Below are positions 17,492 through 26,521 of a stretch of DNA of 32,000 bases, piece after piece. The stretch's first letter is position 1; each line of letters begins with the position of its first letter. The notes beneath the pieces are model-generated. The model ran no database searches and was not told the origin of the DNA. It worked only from the letters and a program-made list of their open reading frames with translations. Origin of the DNA: Nitratidesulfovibrio vulgaris str. Hildenborough (lineage in GTDB: Bacteria; Desulfobacterota; Desulfovibrionia; Desulfovibrionales; Desulfovibrionaceae). Both the position numbers and the translations under genes were made by a program. The stretch lies in contig NC_002937.3 in assembly GCF_000195755.1 (NCBI RefSeq), positions 2,430,001 to 2,462,000 on the forward strand, written 5' to 3'.

Positions 17492-19129
17492 CTACCCGGA
17501 ACAGCGTTGCAACACGTCGGCGAGGAGTGCCTCGTGCTCACGCTGGCGCACGGCATCGAAGTCCTCCGGCGTGTAGCGCATCTGCAACTTGTACAGGTTG
17601 GCCCACGCGCTGGAGAGATGCACGGCGTCCGCCTGCGCCGCACGCCCCGACCGCTTCATGTGCCGCACCCGCAGGTGCCCCTGATAGACGGGCAGGTCGC
17701 CCGCCACGGCATGGCGTATGTCATGTTCGAGGTCGTCGTACTGGCTGGGAGAGAAGCGCACGTCGAAGTGTCCGCAACGGTCGATGGCCTCCCGGCGGAA
17801 CAGGTGACAGCAGCCCGTCACCGACACGCAGGGCCGCATGTAGCCGAAGACCCCGAAATCCAGTTCCTGATGCTGGATGTCCGACACCGAGAAACGCCGT
17901 TCGTAGACCGGCACCGGGCCGCCCGGTTCACCCGAAGGCCCCCCGGGGTCGAGGTGCAGGTCGACACTCTGCAACATCATGGGCACGGCATGGTCAACCA
18001 CCCGGCACCCGTACACCCCGTGGCCGGGGTACGCCGTCATGGCGGCGCCGAAGAGACGCAGCCAGTCCGGGGGCACAACTGCGTCGTCGTCAAGGAAGAC
18101 AAGCCAGTCGCAGCTGCGGGTCTCCGGCAGGGTGAGCAGCCAGTTACGGGCAGCGGGCGCACCGACGTTGCACGGCAGCGTCACCACCAGCAGCCTGTCG
18201 CCAAGACGCGCTCGGTACTCTGCCAGCACCTCCTGCGTGCCGTCGGTGGAACCGTTGTCGAGCACGATGACCCGCGCATCGCCAAGGTCTGAACCGGCAA
18301 GCGCAGCCAGGGTCTGCGGCAGGCAGTCCGCCTTGTTCCAGCTGTAGAGAAGCACAGCCCCTCGCCCCGCCGGGAGGTCTCCGGGCCTGTCGCGCCCGCG
18401 TGCCACATCATCACAGCGCAGCAGCAGGTTGACCTGCCATGGCATGTCCGGGAGTGCCGCCTGCCATGCTGCGAGGGCAGCCCCGGCATCGCCCGCCCGG
18501 TACGAGGCCTCGCCCATGCGTATCCGCCACACGTCCAGCGGCAGCCCCCTGAAGGCACGGGCGTAGCCTGCGGCGGCGTCCGTCCACGCCTCGCGTGCGA
18601 AGGCAACATCGGCACGCATGGCCTCCAGCAACGGGGCAGGAATCCCCTCCGCACCGGCAAGCCAGCCCTCGAACCAGTCGAGGCAGCCCTCCGCAAGTCC
18701 CATCAATGCCGCCTGCCGCGTCCAGAAGAGGTTGCGGGGTTCAAGCCTGCGCATCCTTTCGAGGTGGCGGCAGATGGCCTTGGCATCACGCGAATGCAGC
18801 ACCTGCAACAGTGCCCCGGCATCGGCGGGCGGCGTGTCATGGTCTGCCAGATGCGCGGCAAGACGCGCCACCTGCGTCGGCAAGAAGGGGTAGGCACCAT
18901 GCAACACCAGCATCTGCCTTGCCGTGCGCCCCTCCAAGGGTGCCGACTCCCACGCTGCCCGCATCAGCCCGCCCCCGAGTCGCAAAAACCGAAACGCTGC
19001 GTCGGGGGGCGCACCGCCCGCCTTCTGCAACGCGACCTCCGCCACGGAAAGCAGATGCAGCCTGCCCACCCCGCCCTTGAGCAACGGCACGCGCAAGTCG
19101 TCGGGGAGTTCATTCCAGAAGCTGAACAT
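17492..19129 (-). CDS. Family-2 glycosyltransferase with ~260-aa helical (TPR-like?) N-terminal domain
   Basis: GT-A motifs in the C-terminal half (LLYSWNK, VIVLDNGSTDGT, NVGAPAARNWLL, VFLDDD, GCCHLFRREA). Start set at the ATG at 19129 (GGAG SD 6 nt upstream). The 31 extra codons in the track ORF lack an SD. Confidence 0.8.
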   Translation of the reverse strand: MFSFWNELPDDLRVPLLKGGVGRLHLLSVAEVALQKAGGAPPDAAFRFLRLGGGLMRAAWESAPLEGRTARQMLVLHGAYPFLPTQVARLAAHLADHDTPPADAGALLQVLHSRDAKAICRHLERMRRLEPRNLFWTRQAALMGLAEGCLDWFEGWLAGAEGIPAPLLEAMRADVAFAREAWTDAAAGYARAFRGLPLDVWRIRMGEASYRAGDAGAALAAWQAALPDMPWQVNLLLRCDDVARGRDRPGDLPAGRGAVLLYSWNKADCLPQTLAALAGSDLGDARVIVLDNGSTDGTQEVLAEYRARLGDRLLVVTLPCNVGAPAARNWLLTLPETRSCDWLVFLDDDAVVPPDWLRLFGAAMTAYPGHGVYGCRVVDHAVPMMLQSVDLHLDPGGPSGEPGGPVPVYERRFSVSDIQHQELDFGVFGYMRPCVSVTGCCHLFRREAIDRCGHFDVRFSPSQYDDLEHDIRHAVAGDLPVYQGHLRVRHMKRSGRAAQADAVHLSSAWANLYKLQMRYTPEDFDAVRQREHEALLADVLQRCSG

Positions 19130-19255
19130 AGGGTACTCCGTGGCGTTTCGGGCGTGGGCCGGGTTGACATCATGGGGCGAACACCCCCACACTGCGGGCA
19201 TCATCCTGCATGGACAGGACAACCTCTAGCCCGCACGCACGCAAGCCGCAACCGT

Positions 19256-20980
19256 ATGTCTTCATCGCCCTCTTCCGCCTCCATCGCCGCGCTGGTCGAC
19301 CTGTGCTGCACGCACGTTCCCCTGTGGGAATGCGGCGCACTGGGGGCGGACAACGCATGGCGGCTTGCCTCGACGGCACTTCAGACCGGCGACGCTGCCC
19401 TTTGCGGGGTGGGTGCGCAGCTGGCACGTTTCGCATGGGAGGCCGACCCTCTCGACCCGCGCCTGTCTCGGCTTGTGGCTGCGCTGGAAGAGGACGGACT
19501 GCTTGCCGCCCCTGCCGCTTCGCTGGCACAGGACGTCGCCCGCCGCTGCCGCGTACCAGGCGACCACGCCCTCCTGCATTCCGTCACGGACGGCAACGCG
19601 CTACGCGACATCGTACTGCCGCGTCTTGCCGACCCCGCACACGGTGCCTTCTGGCTTGGGCGCGGCGTGGCTTGGTGCATGTCGTCTCAGGCGGAGGATG
19701 CCGCAGCCACCCTCGACATGCTGCTGGCAGCCTTTCCCGGTTGCCACCCTGCGCTGTCGCACCGTCTGCGTACCGCCTACGCCGTCCTGCACGGAACACA
19801 CGGCGAAGCCCACACACTGCTGGAGACCTTCGCCCCGTCAGGCCGTGATGGTGTCGCCGTCGCAAACGGTGCCGAATACGGCGGTCACGACGCCACGCGA
19901 CACGGTACGCATACGCCGTTCATGAACTGGGCCATCGTTCGCCGTGCTGCCCTCCTTGCCGAAGAAGGCGACACGGCCGAAGCATCTGCCCTGCTTCGCC
20001 GTGTATGGACGGCCATGCCGTGGCACCCCAACCTCGTTCTGGCACTGCACGAACTTGAACGGCCCCACCCGGCCCCGCCCAAGGACACGCCGCCGCCTGC
20101 CATCCTGCTCTATTCGTGGAACAAGCGTGATGTCCTCGCCGCCACACTGGATTCGTTGCGCGCATCGGGAACGGGCGACGCCCCGGTCTTCGTGCTCGAC
20201 AACGGTTCCACCGACGGTACGGACACCATGCTCGACGCCATCGCCCGGCAGTGGGGCAGCCCGTTCACCAAGCTGCACCTGCCCGTGAACATCGGCGCGC
20301 CTGCCGCGCGCAACTGGCTGCTCTCGCTGGATGCGCTCAAGCGCCACGACCGGGTGGTCTTCCTCGACGACGACGTGCTGCTCGACCACGGCTGGCTCGA
20401 CGGGCTGCTCTCCGTCGCCGTGGCGCATCCCTCCGCCGCTGTCGTGGGGTGCCGCATCACCGACGCCGCCGCCCCCCACGCCGTGCAATGCGCCGACTTC
20501 TTCGCCCTTCCACCCGCATTGGGGCAGCGCAGCTTCGCAGACCTCGAAGAGCACCTGTTCATCCACGGCAACGCGGGCGCGAGCACAGACACCCTGCTCA
20601 CGGCCTACAGCCGTCCGTGCCTCTCCGTCTCCGGCTGCTGCCATCTTTTCGACCGCGCCGCCCTCGACGCGTGCGGACACTTCGACATACGCTTCTCGCC
20701 AAGCCAGTTCGACGACCTCGAACATGACCTGCGTACCGTCCTCTCCGGACGCGAAGTGTGGTATGCAGGCGGCGTGCGGGTGCGTCATGTCCAGCATTCG
20801 AGCCTGCGTCAGGCGGCGGACAGGGCACGTAGCGCACATATTTTCGGCAACAGGATCAAACTCGAACACCTCTACCCCGCACAGCGTGCAGCCGAGGCCC
20901 GCGAGACTTCGGCACTGGCCGCGCGCCGGGACCTGCTGCGCAAGGCCAGCCGCCTTGCCGGCACTGGAAGCCGACCATGA
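19256..20980 (+). CDS. Family-2 glycosyltransferase, full-length paralogue of 17492..19129 (helical N-domain + GT-A domain)
   Basis: The same motif series (ILLYSWNK, VFVLDNGSTDGT, NIGAPAARNWLL, VFLDDD, GCCHLFDRAA, FSPSQFDDLEHD). Start taken as the first ATG (19256) outside the antisense overlap with the neighbouring gene. No clear SD, so the start is uncertain. Confidence 0.75.
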   Translation: MSSSPSSASIAALVDLCCTHVPLWECGALGADNAWRLASTALQTGDAALCGVGAQLARFAWEADPLDPRLSRLVAALEEDGLLAAPAASLAQDVARRCRVPGDHALLHSVTDGNALRDIVLPRLADPAHGAFWLGRGVAWCMSSQAEDAAATLDMLLAAFPGCHPALSHRLRTAYAVLHGTHGEAHTLLETFAPSGRDGVAVANGAEYGGHDATRHGTHTPFMNWAIVRRAALLAEEGDTAEASALLRRVWTAMPWHPNLVLALHELERPHPAPPKDTPPPAILLYSWNKRDVLAATLDSLRASGTGDAPVFVLDNGSTDGTDTMLDAIARQWGSPFTKLHLPVNIGAPAARNWLLSLDALKRHDRVVFLDDDVLLDHGWLDGLLSVAVAHPSAAVVGCRITDAAAPHAVQCADFFALPPALGQRSFADLEEHLFIHGNAGASTDTLLTAYSRPCLSVSGCCHLFDRAALDACGHFDIRFSPSQFDDLEHDLRTVLSGREVWYAGGVRVRHVQHSSLRQAADRARSAHIFGNRIKLEHLYPAQRAAEARETSALAARRDLLRKASRLAGTGSRP

Positions 20981-22224
20981 AAGCCCCTCTCGTCTCCATC
21001 ATCATCCCCGTGTGGAACCTCTGGGAGTTGACGTGCGCCTGCCTCGACAGCATCCGGGCGCACACCCCCGGCAATGCCGTGGAGGTCATCGTCGTGGACA
21101 ACGGTTCCGACGACACCACGGCAACAGCACTCGCCCCCACGGGCGAGGGCCTCTTCGGTGCAAGATTCCGCCGCATACGGCTTGAGACCAACAGGGGCTT
21201 CGCCGTGGCGTGCAACCTTGGCGCCGCCAAAGCACAGGGCACCTACCTGCTGCTGCTCAACAACGACACGGTGCTCTCACCCGGCTGGCTGCCGCCACTC
21301 CTGCGCGAATTCGACGACGAACCCAGAACAGGTGCTGCGGGGCCGCTGCTGGTCTACCCTGACAGCGGCAGGGTTCAACACTGCGGCATCGCCTTCGCGC
21401 CCACCTTGCAGACGGAACACCTCTACGCGAACTTTCCCGCCACGCATCCCGCCGTCCGCGCCCGGCGCACCCTTCAGGCCATCACCGGCGCAGCGATGCT
21501 GCTGCCCACGGCCCTCTTCCGCCAATGCGGCGGCTTTCATGAAGGATACAAGAACGGCTGCGAAGACCTCGAACTCTGCTGCCGCATCCGGGAACAGGGG
21601 CTGCGTCTCGCCGTGGTGCCCGAAAGCCTCGTGGCACACCACGAAAGCCGTACTCCCGGGCGCAAGGAGCATGACGCGGCCAACGCCACCCTGCTCAACC
21701 GACGCTGTTCGGGCTGCTTCGGCCCCGACCTGCACCGGCATGCCCTGCGCGACGGTTTCGCCATCGCCCTCACGCCGTGGCTCGACACCTACCTTACCCT
21801 GCCGCCCGGCCGCGAAGCGGCACTCACGCGCGAGCATATCACCGACTTCGACCCCGGACGCTGCTGGGAAACCCTGCAAGGCGAACCGCTCTGGCATGGC
21901 GGGTACGAGATGCTGTGCTCCATCCTCGACGAGGCCGGACGCCACGCCGAAAGCGCAGGGGTACGGCTGCTTCAGGCGGGATTCTTCCCCACGCTGCCCG
22001 GGTTCAGGCAGTTGGCCCGGTCGGCGGCGCTGTCTGGCAATGACGAACTGGCGCGACAGGCCGCGGAGAAGATGCAACACATCGGCGGCATCCTCGAAGA
22101 CCCTGAACCGCTGGTGACACGCGCCCGTGGCCTTGTGCGCTGGGCACGCCGTGCAGGTGAGCCTGCCGTAGAGGCCCTTTACACGGGGTGGCTCACGGAC
22201 ATCGGCCTCTCGGCTGACGATTGA
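20977..22224 (+). CDS. Family-2 glycosyltransferase (N-terminal GT-A domain) with ~170-aa helical C-terminal extension
   Basis: VSIIIPVWN, VIVVDNGSDDTT, NRGFAVACNLGA, LLLLNNDT, CEDLELCCR. The ATG overlaps the upstream stop (ATGA at 20977-20980), which suggests translational coupling. Confidence 0.85.
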   Translation: MKAPLVSIIIPVWNLWELTCACLDSIRAHTPGNAVEVIVVDNGSDDTTATALAPTGEGLFGARFRRIRLETNRGFAVACNLGAAKAQGTYLLLLNNDTVLSPGWLPPLLREFDDEPRTGAAGPLLVYPDSGRVQHCGIAFAPTLQTEHLYANFPATHPAVRARRTLQAITGAAMLLPTALFRQCGGFHEGYKNGCEDLELCCRIREQGLRLAVVPESLVAHHESRTPGRKEHDAANATLLNRRCSGCFGPDLHRHALRDGFAIALTPWLDTYLTLPPGREAALTREHITDFDPGRCWETLQGEPLWHGGYEMLCSILDEAGRHAESAGVRLLQAGFFPTLPGFRQLARSAALSGNDELARQAAEKMQHIGGILEDPEPLVTRARGLVRWARRAGEPAVEALYTGWLTDIGLSADD

Positions 22225-22409
22225 TACGCCCGTCGGGGCCGACCGCAGGGCACAGCCCCACCGGCATGCGATGCCATGCCGGAGAGGGGCGGGACAGACC
22301 CCGGCGACGAGTCACGAACTGGTCACTTACGAGTCGCAACACCCCGTGCCCACGCCAGCCGCCCGCCACCGCTTGCGGCGTGGCTGCCGGACATGGCCCC
22401 ACAACAGGC

Positions 22410-22443
22410 AAGCCCCCGAAGGAACCATCCTCCGGGGGCTTTC
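22410..22443. terminator. Bidirectional terminator between the convergent glycosyltransferase and SpoU methyltransferase genes
   Basis: AAGCCCCCGAAGGA (22410-22423) pairs with TCCTCCGGGGGCTT (22428-22441), with one mismatch and a 4-nt loop. On the plus strand it is followed by TCAT (GGGGGCTTTCAT). Confidence 0.5.
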
Positions 22444-22484
22444 ATACGATGCGGGCACGGCGGGTGCGCCCGCGAACGTAGTGG

Positions 22485-23075
22485 CTACTTCTCAATCCAC
22501 TGTGCGAGTCGCGCCTCGAACTCTTCGTCCGTATAGGTGGACTTGGCGTACATGCCTGCCACCACGCGCTGCCGCGACGCTTCAGAAAGGAGAATGGCGG
22601 CGGCGACAGACACGTTGAAGCTCTGTATCATGCCGTACATGGGGATGTAGACTTCGCCATCGACGACATCCACGAGCTCCTGCGACACGCCGCTGTGCTC
22701 GTTCCCCATGATGATGGCGGTGGGCCGGGTGAGGTCGTAGTCCGCAACGGGCTTCGCCACCGGGCTGCAACTGGTGGCCAGCACCTGATGACCGCTGGCG
22801 CGCAGTGTGGACATCAGGCTGTCGCGGTCCTGATGGCGGACGGTATCCACCCACTTGCGGGCCGAGGCCGAGGTCTTGCCGCTGAGGGAGGGGAATGCCG
22901 TATCGGTGTAGTACAGGTGCACCTGTGCCACGCCGAAGGCATCACAGCTACGGTAGATGGCCGAAACGTTGTGGGGGTCGTGGATATTGGCAAGAACCAG
23001 CGTCAGGTCCTTCTGGCGCCACGAAAGCACCTTCCTGAGGCGGGCAAGGCGTTCCGGCGTGATGTCACGGGGCAT
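22485..23075 (-). CDS. SpoU/TrmH-family RNA 2'-O-ribose methyltransferase
   Basis: 196 aa. LVLANIHDPHNVSAIYRSCDAFG, IIMGNEHSGVS, IPMYGMIQSFNVSVAAAILL (SPOUT knot motifs). GAAGGAGG SD. Confidence 0.85.
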   Translation of the reverse strand: MPRDITPERLARLRKVLSWRQKDLTLVLANIHDPHNVSAIYRSCDAFGVAQVHLYYTDTAFPSLSGKTSASARKWVDTVRHQDRDSLMSTLRASGHQVLATSCSPVAKPVADYDLTRPTAIIMGNEHSGVSQELVDVVDGEVYIPMYGMIQSFNVSVAAAILLSEASRQRVVAGMYAKSTYTDEEFEARLAQWIEK

Positions 23076-23276
23076 GACGGGCCTCCTTCTTCATGGGGAC
23101 TACCGCCATCGTGGCGGCGAACATCCCTTACCCGCCATGCCATGCTTTGTCACCCCTTCCATGCATGGTAGGATATATCCGACACGATAGATGCCGATTC
23201 ACCTTGCATCGGTGTCGGTTTTGCGGCTACATTGGTCGACCATTATGTTATTTTAATCTCCCGCAGGAGGAACCAA

Positions 23277-24704
23277 ATGCGTTTTCTTCCCCTTGCGGCC
23301 ATCGCGACCTCGCTGATGGCCCTGACCCCCGGCATGGCACTTGCCGCCGGTGGTCATCTGGACCTCGACGGGGCCACTCTACCTGTATTGTGGACCATCC
23401 CCTTCGCGTGCATGCTGCTTTCCATCGCCGTCATGCCGCTCACCGTCCCCCATTTCTGGCATCACCATTTCGGCAAGGTTTCGGCATTCTGGGCACTGGC
23501 ATTCGCCGTCCCCTGTGCCGTGCAATTCGGCCTTTCCCTGACGGTATACCAGCTGCTGCACGCCTTCCTGCTGGAATACGTGCCCTTCATCATCCTGCTG
23601 TTCTCGCTGTTCACCGTGGCGGGCGGCGTGCGCCTCAAAGGTTCGCTGGTGGGTACGCCCGTGGTCAACACCGGCATCCTCGCCGTGGGTACGCTGCTGG
23701 CAAGCTGGATGGGAACCACCGGTGCCGCCATGCTGCTCATCCGGCCGCTGCTGCGTGCCAACAAACATCGCCGCTACCGGGTGCATTCCGTGGTGTTCTT
23801 CATCTTCCTCGTGGCGAACATCGGCGGTTCACTGACACCGCTGGGCGACCCGCCGCTCTTTCTCGGCTTCCTCAAGGGCGTGAGCTTCTTCTGGACGACC
23901 TCGCACCTCTTCATGAAGACCGTCATCCTCTCCCTCATCCTCATCGCGGTCTTCTATGTCCTCGATACGGTGCTCTTCAACCGTGAAGGGCGCCCCATGC
24001 CCGAGAAGGATACCGCAGGCACCGGAGAGAGACTCGGACTCGACGGCATGGTCAACCTGCCGCTTCTCGGCGGTGTGGTGGCGCTGGTGCTCATGTCCGG
24101 TCTGTGGAAGCCCGGTGTGATGTTCAACGTCTACGGAGTCGAACTCGAACTCCAGAACATCGCCCGCGACCTCGGACTCCTGCTTGTGGCAGCCCTCTCG
24201 CTCAAGCTCACCAGCACGGAATGCCGCCGCCTGAACGACTTCACATGGGCCCCCATCGAAGAGGTGGCCAAGCTGTTCCTCGGCATCTTCGTGAGCATGA
24301 TTCCCGCCATCGCCATCCTCAAGGCGGGGGACAAGGGAGCGCTGGCATCTGTCATCAACATGGTCACCGCCAACGGTGAACCGGTCAACGCCATGTACTT
24401 CTGGCTCACCGGTCTGCTTTCCAGCTTCCTCGACAACGCCCCCACCTACCTCGTGTTCTTCAACACGGCGGGTGGCGACGCCATGCACCTGATGAACGAC
24501 ATCCCCGAGACCCTCGCCGCCATCTCGGCGGGCGCGGTGTTCATGGGGGCGTGCACCTACATCGGCAACGCACCAAACTTCATGGTGCGTTCCATCGCAG
24601 AGGAACAGGGCGTGCCCATGCCCAGCTTCTTCGGCTACATCCTGTGGTCGTGCGCCTTCCTTGTGCCCTGCTTCGTTCTTCTCACATGGCTGTTCTTCAT
24701 CTAG
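23277..24704 (+). CDS. Polytopic ion-transporter-superfamily permease (ArsB/NhaD / putative Na+/H+ antiporter type)
   Basis: 475 aa from the ATG at 23277 (GCAGGAGGA SD). About 11-12 hydrophobic segments. LFLVANIGGSLTPLGDPPLFLGF and FLDNAPTYLVF are typical of this permease superfamily. Substrate unknown. Confidence 0.7.
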   Translation: MRFLPLAAIATSLMALTPGMALAAGGHLDLDGATLPVLWTIPFACMLLSIAVMPLTVPHFWHHHFGKVSAFWALAFAVPCAVQFGLSLTVYQLLHAFLLEYVPFIILLFSLFTVAGGVRLKGSLVGTPVVNTGILAVGTLLASWMGTTGAAMLLIRPLLRANKHRRYRVHSVVFFIFLVANIGGSLTPLGDPPLFLGFLKGVSFFWTTSHLFMKTVILSLILIAVFYVLDTVLFNREGRPMPEKDTAGTGERLGLDGMVNLPLLGGVVALVLMSGLWKPGVMFNVYGVELELQNIARDLGLLLVAALSLKLTSTECRRLNDFTWAPIEEVAKLFLGIFVSMIPAIAILKAGDKGALASVINMVTANGEPVNAMYFWLTGLLSSFLDNAPTYLVFFNTAGGDAMHLMNDIPETLAAISAGAVFMGACTYIGNAPNFMVRSIAEEQGVPMPSFFGYILWSCAFLVPCFVLLTWLFFI

Positions 24705-24840
24705 CGACCCGTCCGGAGGGGCACAGCAGAGGCGCATGACGCGCCACAGAGCCCTAGCAGCGGTGCCTCACACCAAGGAAGACGGCAGGGGCAAGACTCG
24801 AAGAGCCCCGACCATGTGATGGACGTCGGGATATGACGCA

Positions 24841-24875
24841 GAAAAGCCCCCCGTGTGGAACGCACGGGGGGCTTG
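24841..24875 (-). terminator. Rho-independent terminator downstream of the HDOD gene (could also serve the convergent permease gene)
   Basis: AAGCCCCCCGTG (24845-24856) pairs with CACGGGGGGCTT (24864-24875). On the minus strand the stem runs into CTTTTCTG. Confidence 0.55.
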
Positions 24876-24999
24876 AAGTTGTGGGACCAGAGACCGGGCG
24901 GGAGACAGATACCATGCGGGAACAGGAAAGGCCGCATCCCAAGAACATGACCAATGGCCACGTCACGACAGCGGGAAGCGCACCCGCCTCGCGGTGTCG

Positions 25000-26109
25000 C
25001 TAGTCGCCCTGCAGCAGGCGGCTGAGGGCCTGACTCTGCTCGACCAGACCATTGGTCATGGCTGCGATGTCGTGCCCCGAAAGTCCGAGGGTATCGACGG
25101 CATCAAGGTCGAGGGGGGCGATGCGCGCATCCAGTGCCCCGCCGATACCCATCCCCTTGACCACCGCGTCGGCTATATGCACTTCGAGTGCCCCATCGAC
25201 CGGCGGATTGTCACCCACGGTAGCCAGAGGGGCATGGTGGGAACGCACCACGTCGATGAGGAACGCAGGGAGATTCCACGTCTTCAGCACGGTGGCGCCG
25301 AGTTCGGCATGGGTCGTGCCAAGTTCGAGGCGCTCGGCCTCTTCGCAGGAACAACCGGTGGACTGGATGCGCCGCACGATGCGTTCCGCCCTGTCGGGCG
25401 CGGCCGAACACAGGGCAAGCCAGCCCATGTCATGCAGCAACCCCGCCACGAAGAACCGTTCCGGGTCGCTACGCCCAAGGCGCTGCGCCAAAAGACGCGC
25501 CGCGATGCCACATCCGACAGAATGCAGCCAGAAGCCCTGGATGTCGACCACGAGAGGCGGGCGTTCCCGGTAGAGGCCCAGCACGAACGTGCCGAGGGCC
25601 AATGCGGAGACACGGCGTATGCCTGAAGCCGCCACGGCACGGGACACCGTCTCGATGGGGGTGGAGAAGCCGAAATGAGGGCTGTTGACCAGCTTGAGAA
25701 GCGACGCGGTGAGACGCGGGTCCTTGCTCACGATGGCGGCTATCCGCTCATACGAGACATGCGGCTGCCCCAGCGCGTTCTGAAGTTCCATGAAAAGTTG
25801 CGGAAGCGCAGGAATGCGCAGATGATCCACATCAAGTGGCACGGGCGGGGCATCTGGGTCATCGGCGACATCGGGAAGCCCCGCGGTATCGAGGGCAGCC
25901 ACTTGCGTGAACAGTGGCGGGCCGCCCGGGGGGGGCAGATTGTCGCGCTGCCGCACCATCATGTCTTCCACGGCATGGCGGGCAAGCAGGTTGAGCAGTG
26001 GATGCCGCACGCCCACGAGCGAAAAACGGGCAGCCACGGCCTCCTGTGCCTGTTCCTGCAGCAACCTTTGAGCCGTGCCCGAATCGGGGTCAGCCTGACG
26101 CAGGTTCAT
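25000..26109 (-). CDS. Stand-alone HDOD-domain signalling protein with ~110-aa N-terminal extension
   Basis: 369 aa. HDOD pattern LPALPQLFMELQNAL...IAAIVSKDPRLTASLLKLVNSPHFGF...TVSRAV...G, then LLHDMG and HAELGATVL. GAAGGAGG SD 7 nt before the ATG. Confidence 0.85.
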   Translation of the reverse strand: MNLRQADPDSGTAQRLLQEQAQEAVAARFSLVGVRHPLLNLLARHAVEDMMVRQRDNLPPPGGPPLFTQVAALDTAGLPDVADDPDAPPVPLDVDHLRIPALPQLFMELQNALGQPHVSYERIAAIVSKDPRLTASLLKLVNSPHFGFSTPIETVSRAVAASGIRRVSALALGTFVLGLYRERPPLVVDIQGFWLHSVGCGIAARLLAQRLGRSDPERFFVAGLLHDMGWLALCSAAPDRAERIVRRIQSTGCSCEEAERLELGTTHAELGATVLKTWNLPAFLIDVVRSHHAPLATVGDNPPVDGALEVHIADAVVKGMGIGGALDARIAPLDLDAVDTLGLSGHDIAAMTNGLVEQSQALSRLLQGD

Positions 26110-26128
26110 GCGGTGCCTCCTTCATGAC

Positions 26129-26158
26129 ATTGTAACGGCATTATGCCAAATGCGTAAA
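26129..26158 (-). promoter_or_regulatory. Possible sigma70-type promoter of the HDOD gene (TTTACG-N18-TACAAT) enclosing an 11-bp palindrome
   Basis: On the minus strand TTTACG is at 26158-26153 and TACAAT at 26134-26129. GGCATTATGCC (26137-26147) lies in the spacer. Sequence match only. Confidence 0.3.
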
Positions 26159-26386
26159 GGCGGCAAGCACATTGAGGTGCAGGAGGCGGGATGCGCGGCG
26201 CAGGCAACCCTGTACATCCGAAGCTGGCAGCACCCGGTGCTGTCAGACAAGGCTACAGGACAGGCACGTCGGATTTGAACACCGCTTCCACGGTCACGCC
26301 GCCGCCCATGAATAAGGCAATCGGTACATGGGTTGGCACACGGCAAACTCGAGTACGAGAAATGCCTAGAATAACAGCACGGTTCG

Positions 26387-26511
26387 AAAAAACGGCAGAA
26401 CCCCGACGAGGGGAGCGCCGGGGTTCTTACGGAATGAAGCGACTGAATCTTCAATCCACATGCGAGGGATCACGCGGATTGCACACCGAAAAGAGCGGTT
26501 AACCGTTCTTT
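26387..26511 (-). ncRNA. Candidate sigma54-dependent small RNA (~125 nt), unnamed
   Basis: Bounded by the predicted TSS (~26511, 12 nt after the -12 GC) and an intrinsic terminator. The terminator is AGAACCCCG (26427-26419) paired with CGGGGTTCT (26405-26397), then GCCG and TTTTTT (26392-26387). There is no SD-preceded ORF inside. Three predicted stem-loops. Confidence 0.45.
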
Positions 26512-26521
26512 CAGCCTTATA

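Noticed and set aside
18764-19255. N-terminal extensions of track ORFs. Affected starts: 18764 for the second GT, plus 4564, 9488, 11916, 12510, 19222, 23232, 27608 and 30935.
   Set aside because: The extensions overlap neighbouring genes or promoter DNA and lack SD sequences. They precede internal starts that have good SDs and family-typical N-termini, so I trimmed the genes instead.
26334-26350. TGGCAC on the plus strand in the HDOD/EBP spacer.
   Set aside because: It is followed by ACGGC-AAAC, so there is no TTGC -12 element, and nothing lies downstream for it to transcribe.
26366-26461. 31-codon ORF inside the candidate sRNA (MWIEDSVASFRKNPGAPLVGVLPFFRTVLLF).
   Set aside because: No SD precedes the ATG (GATCCCTCGC-ATG). 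The ATG is buried in the predicted middle stem, and the reading frame runs straight through the intrinsic terminator.
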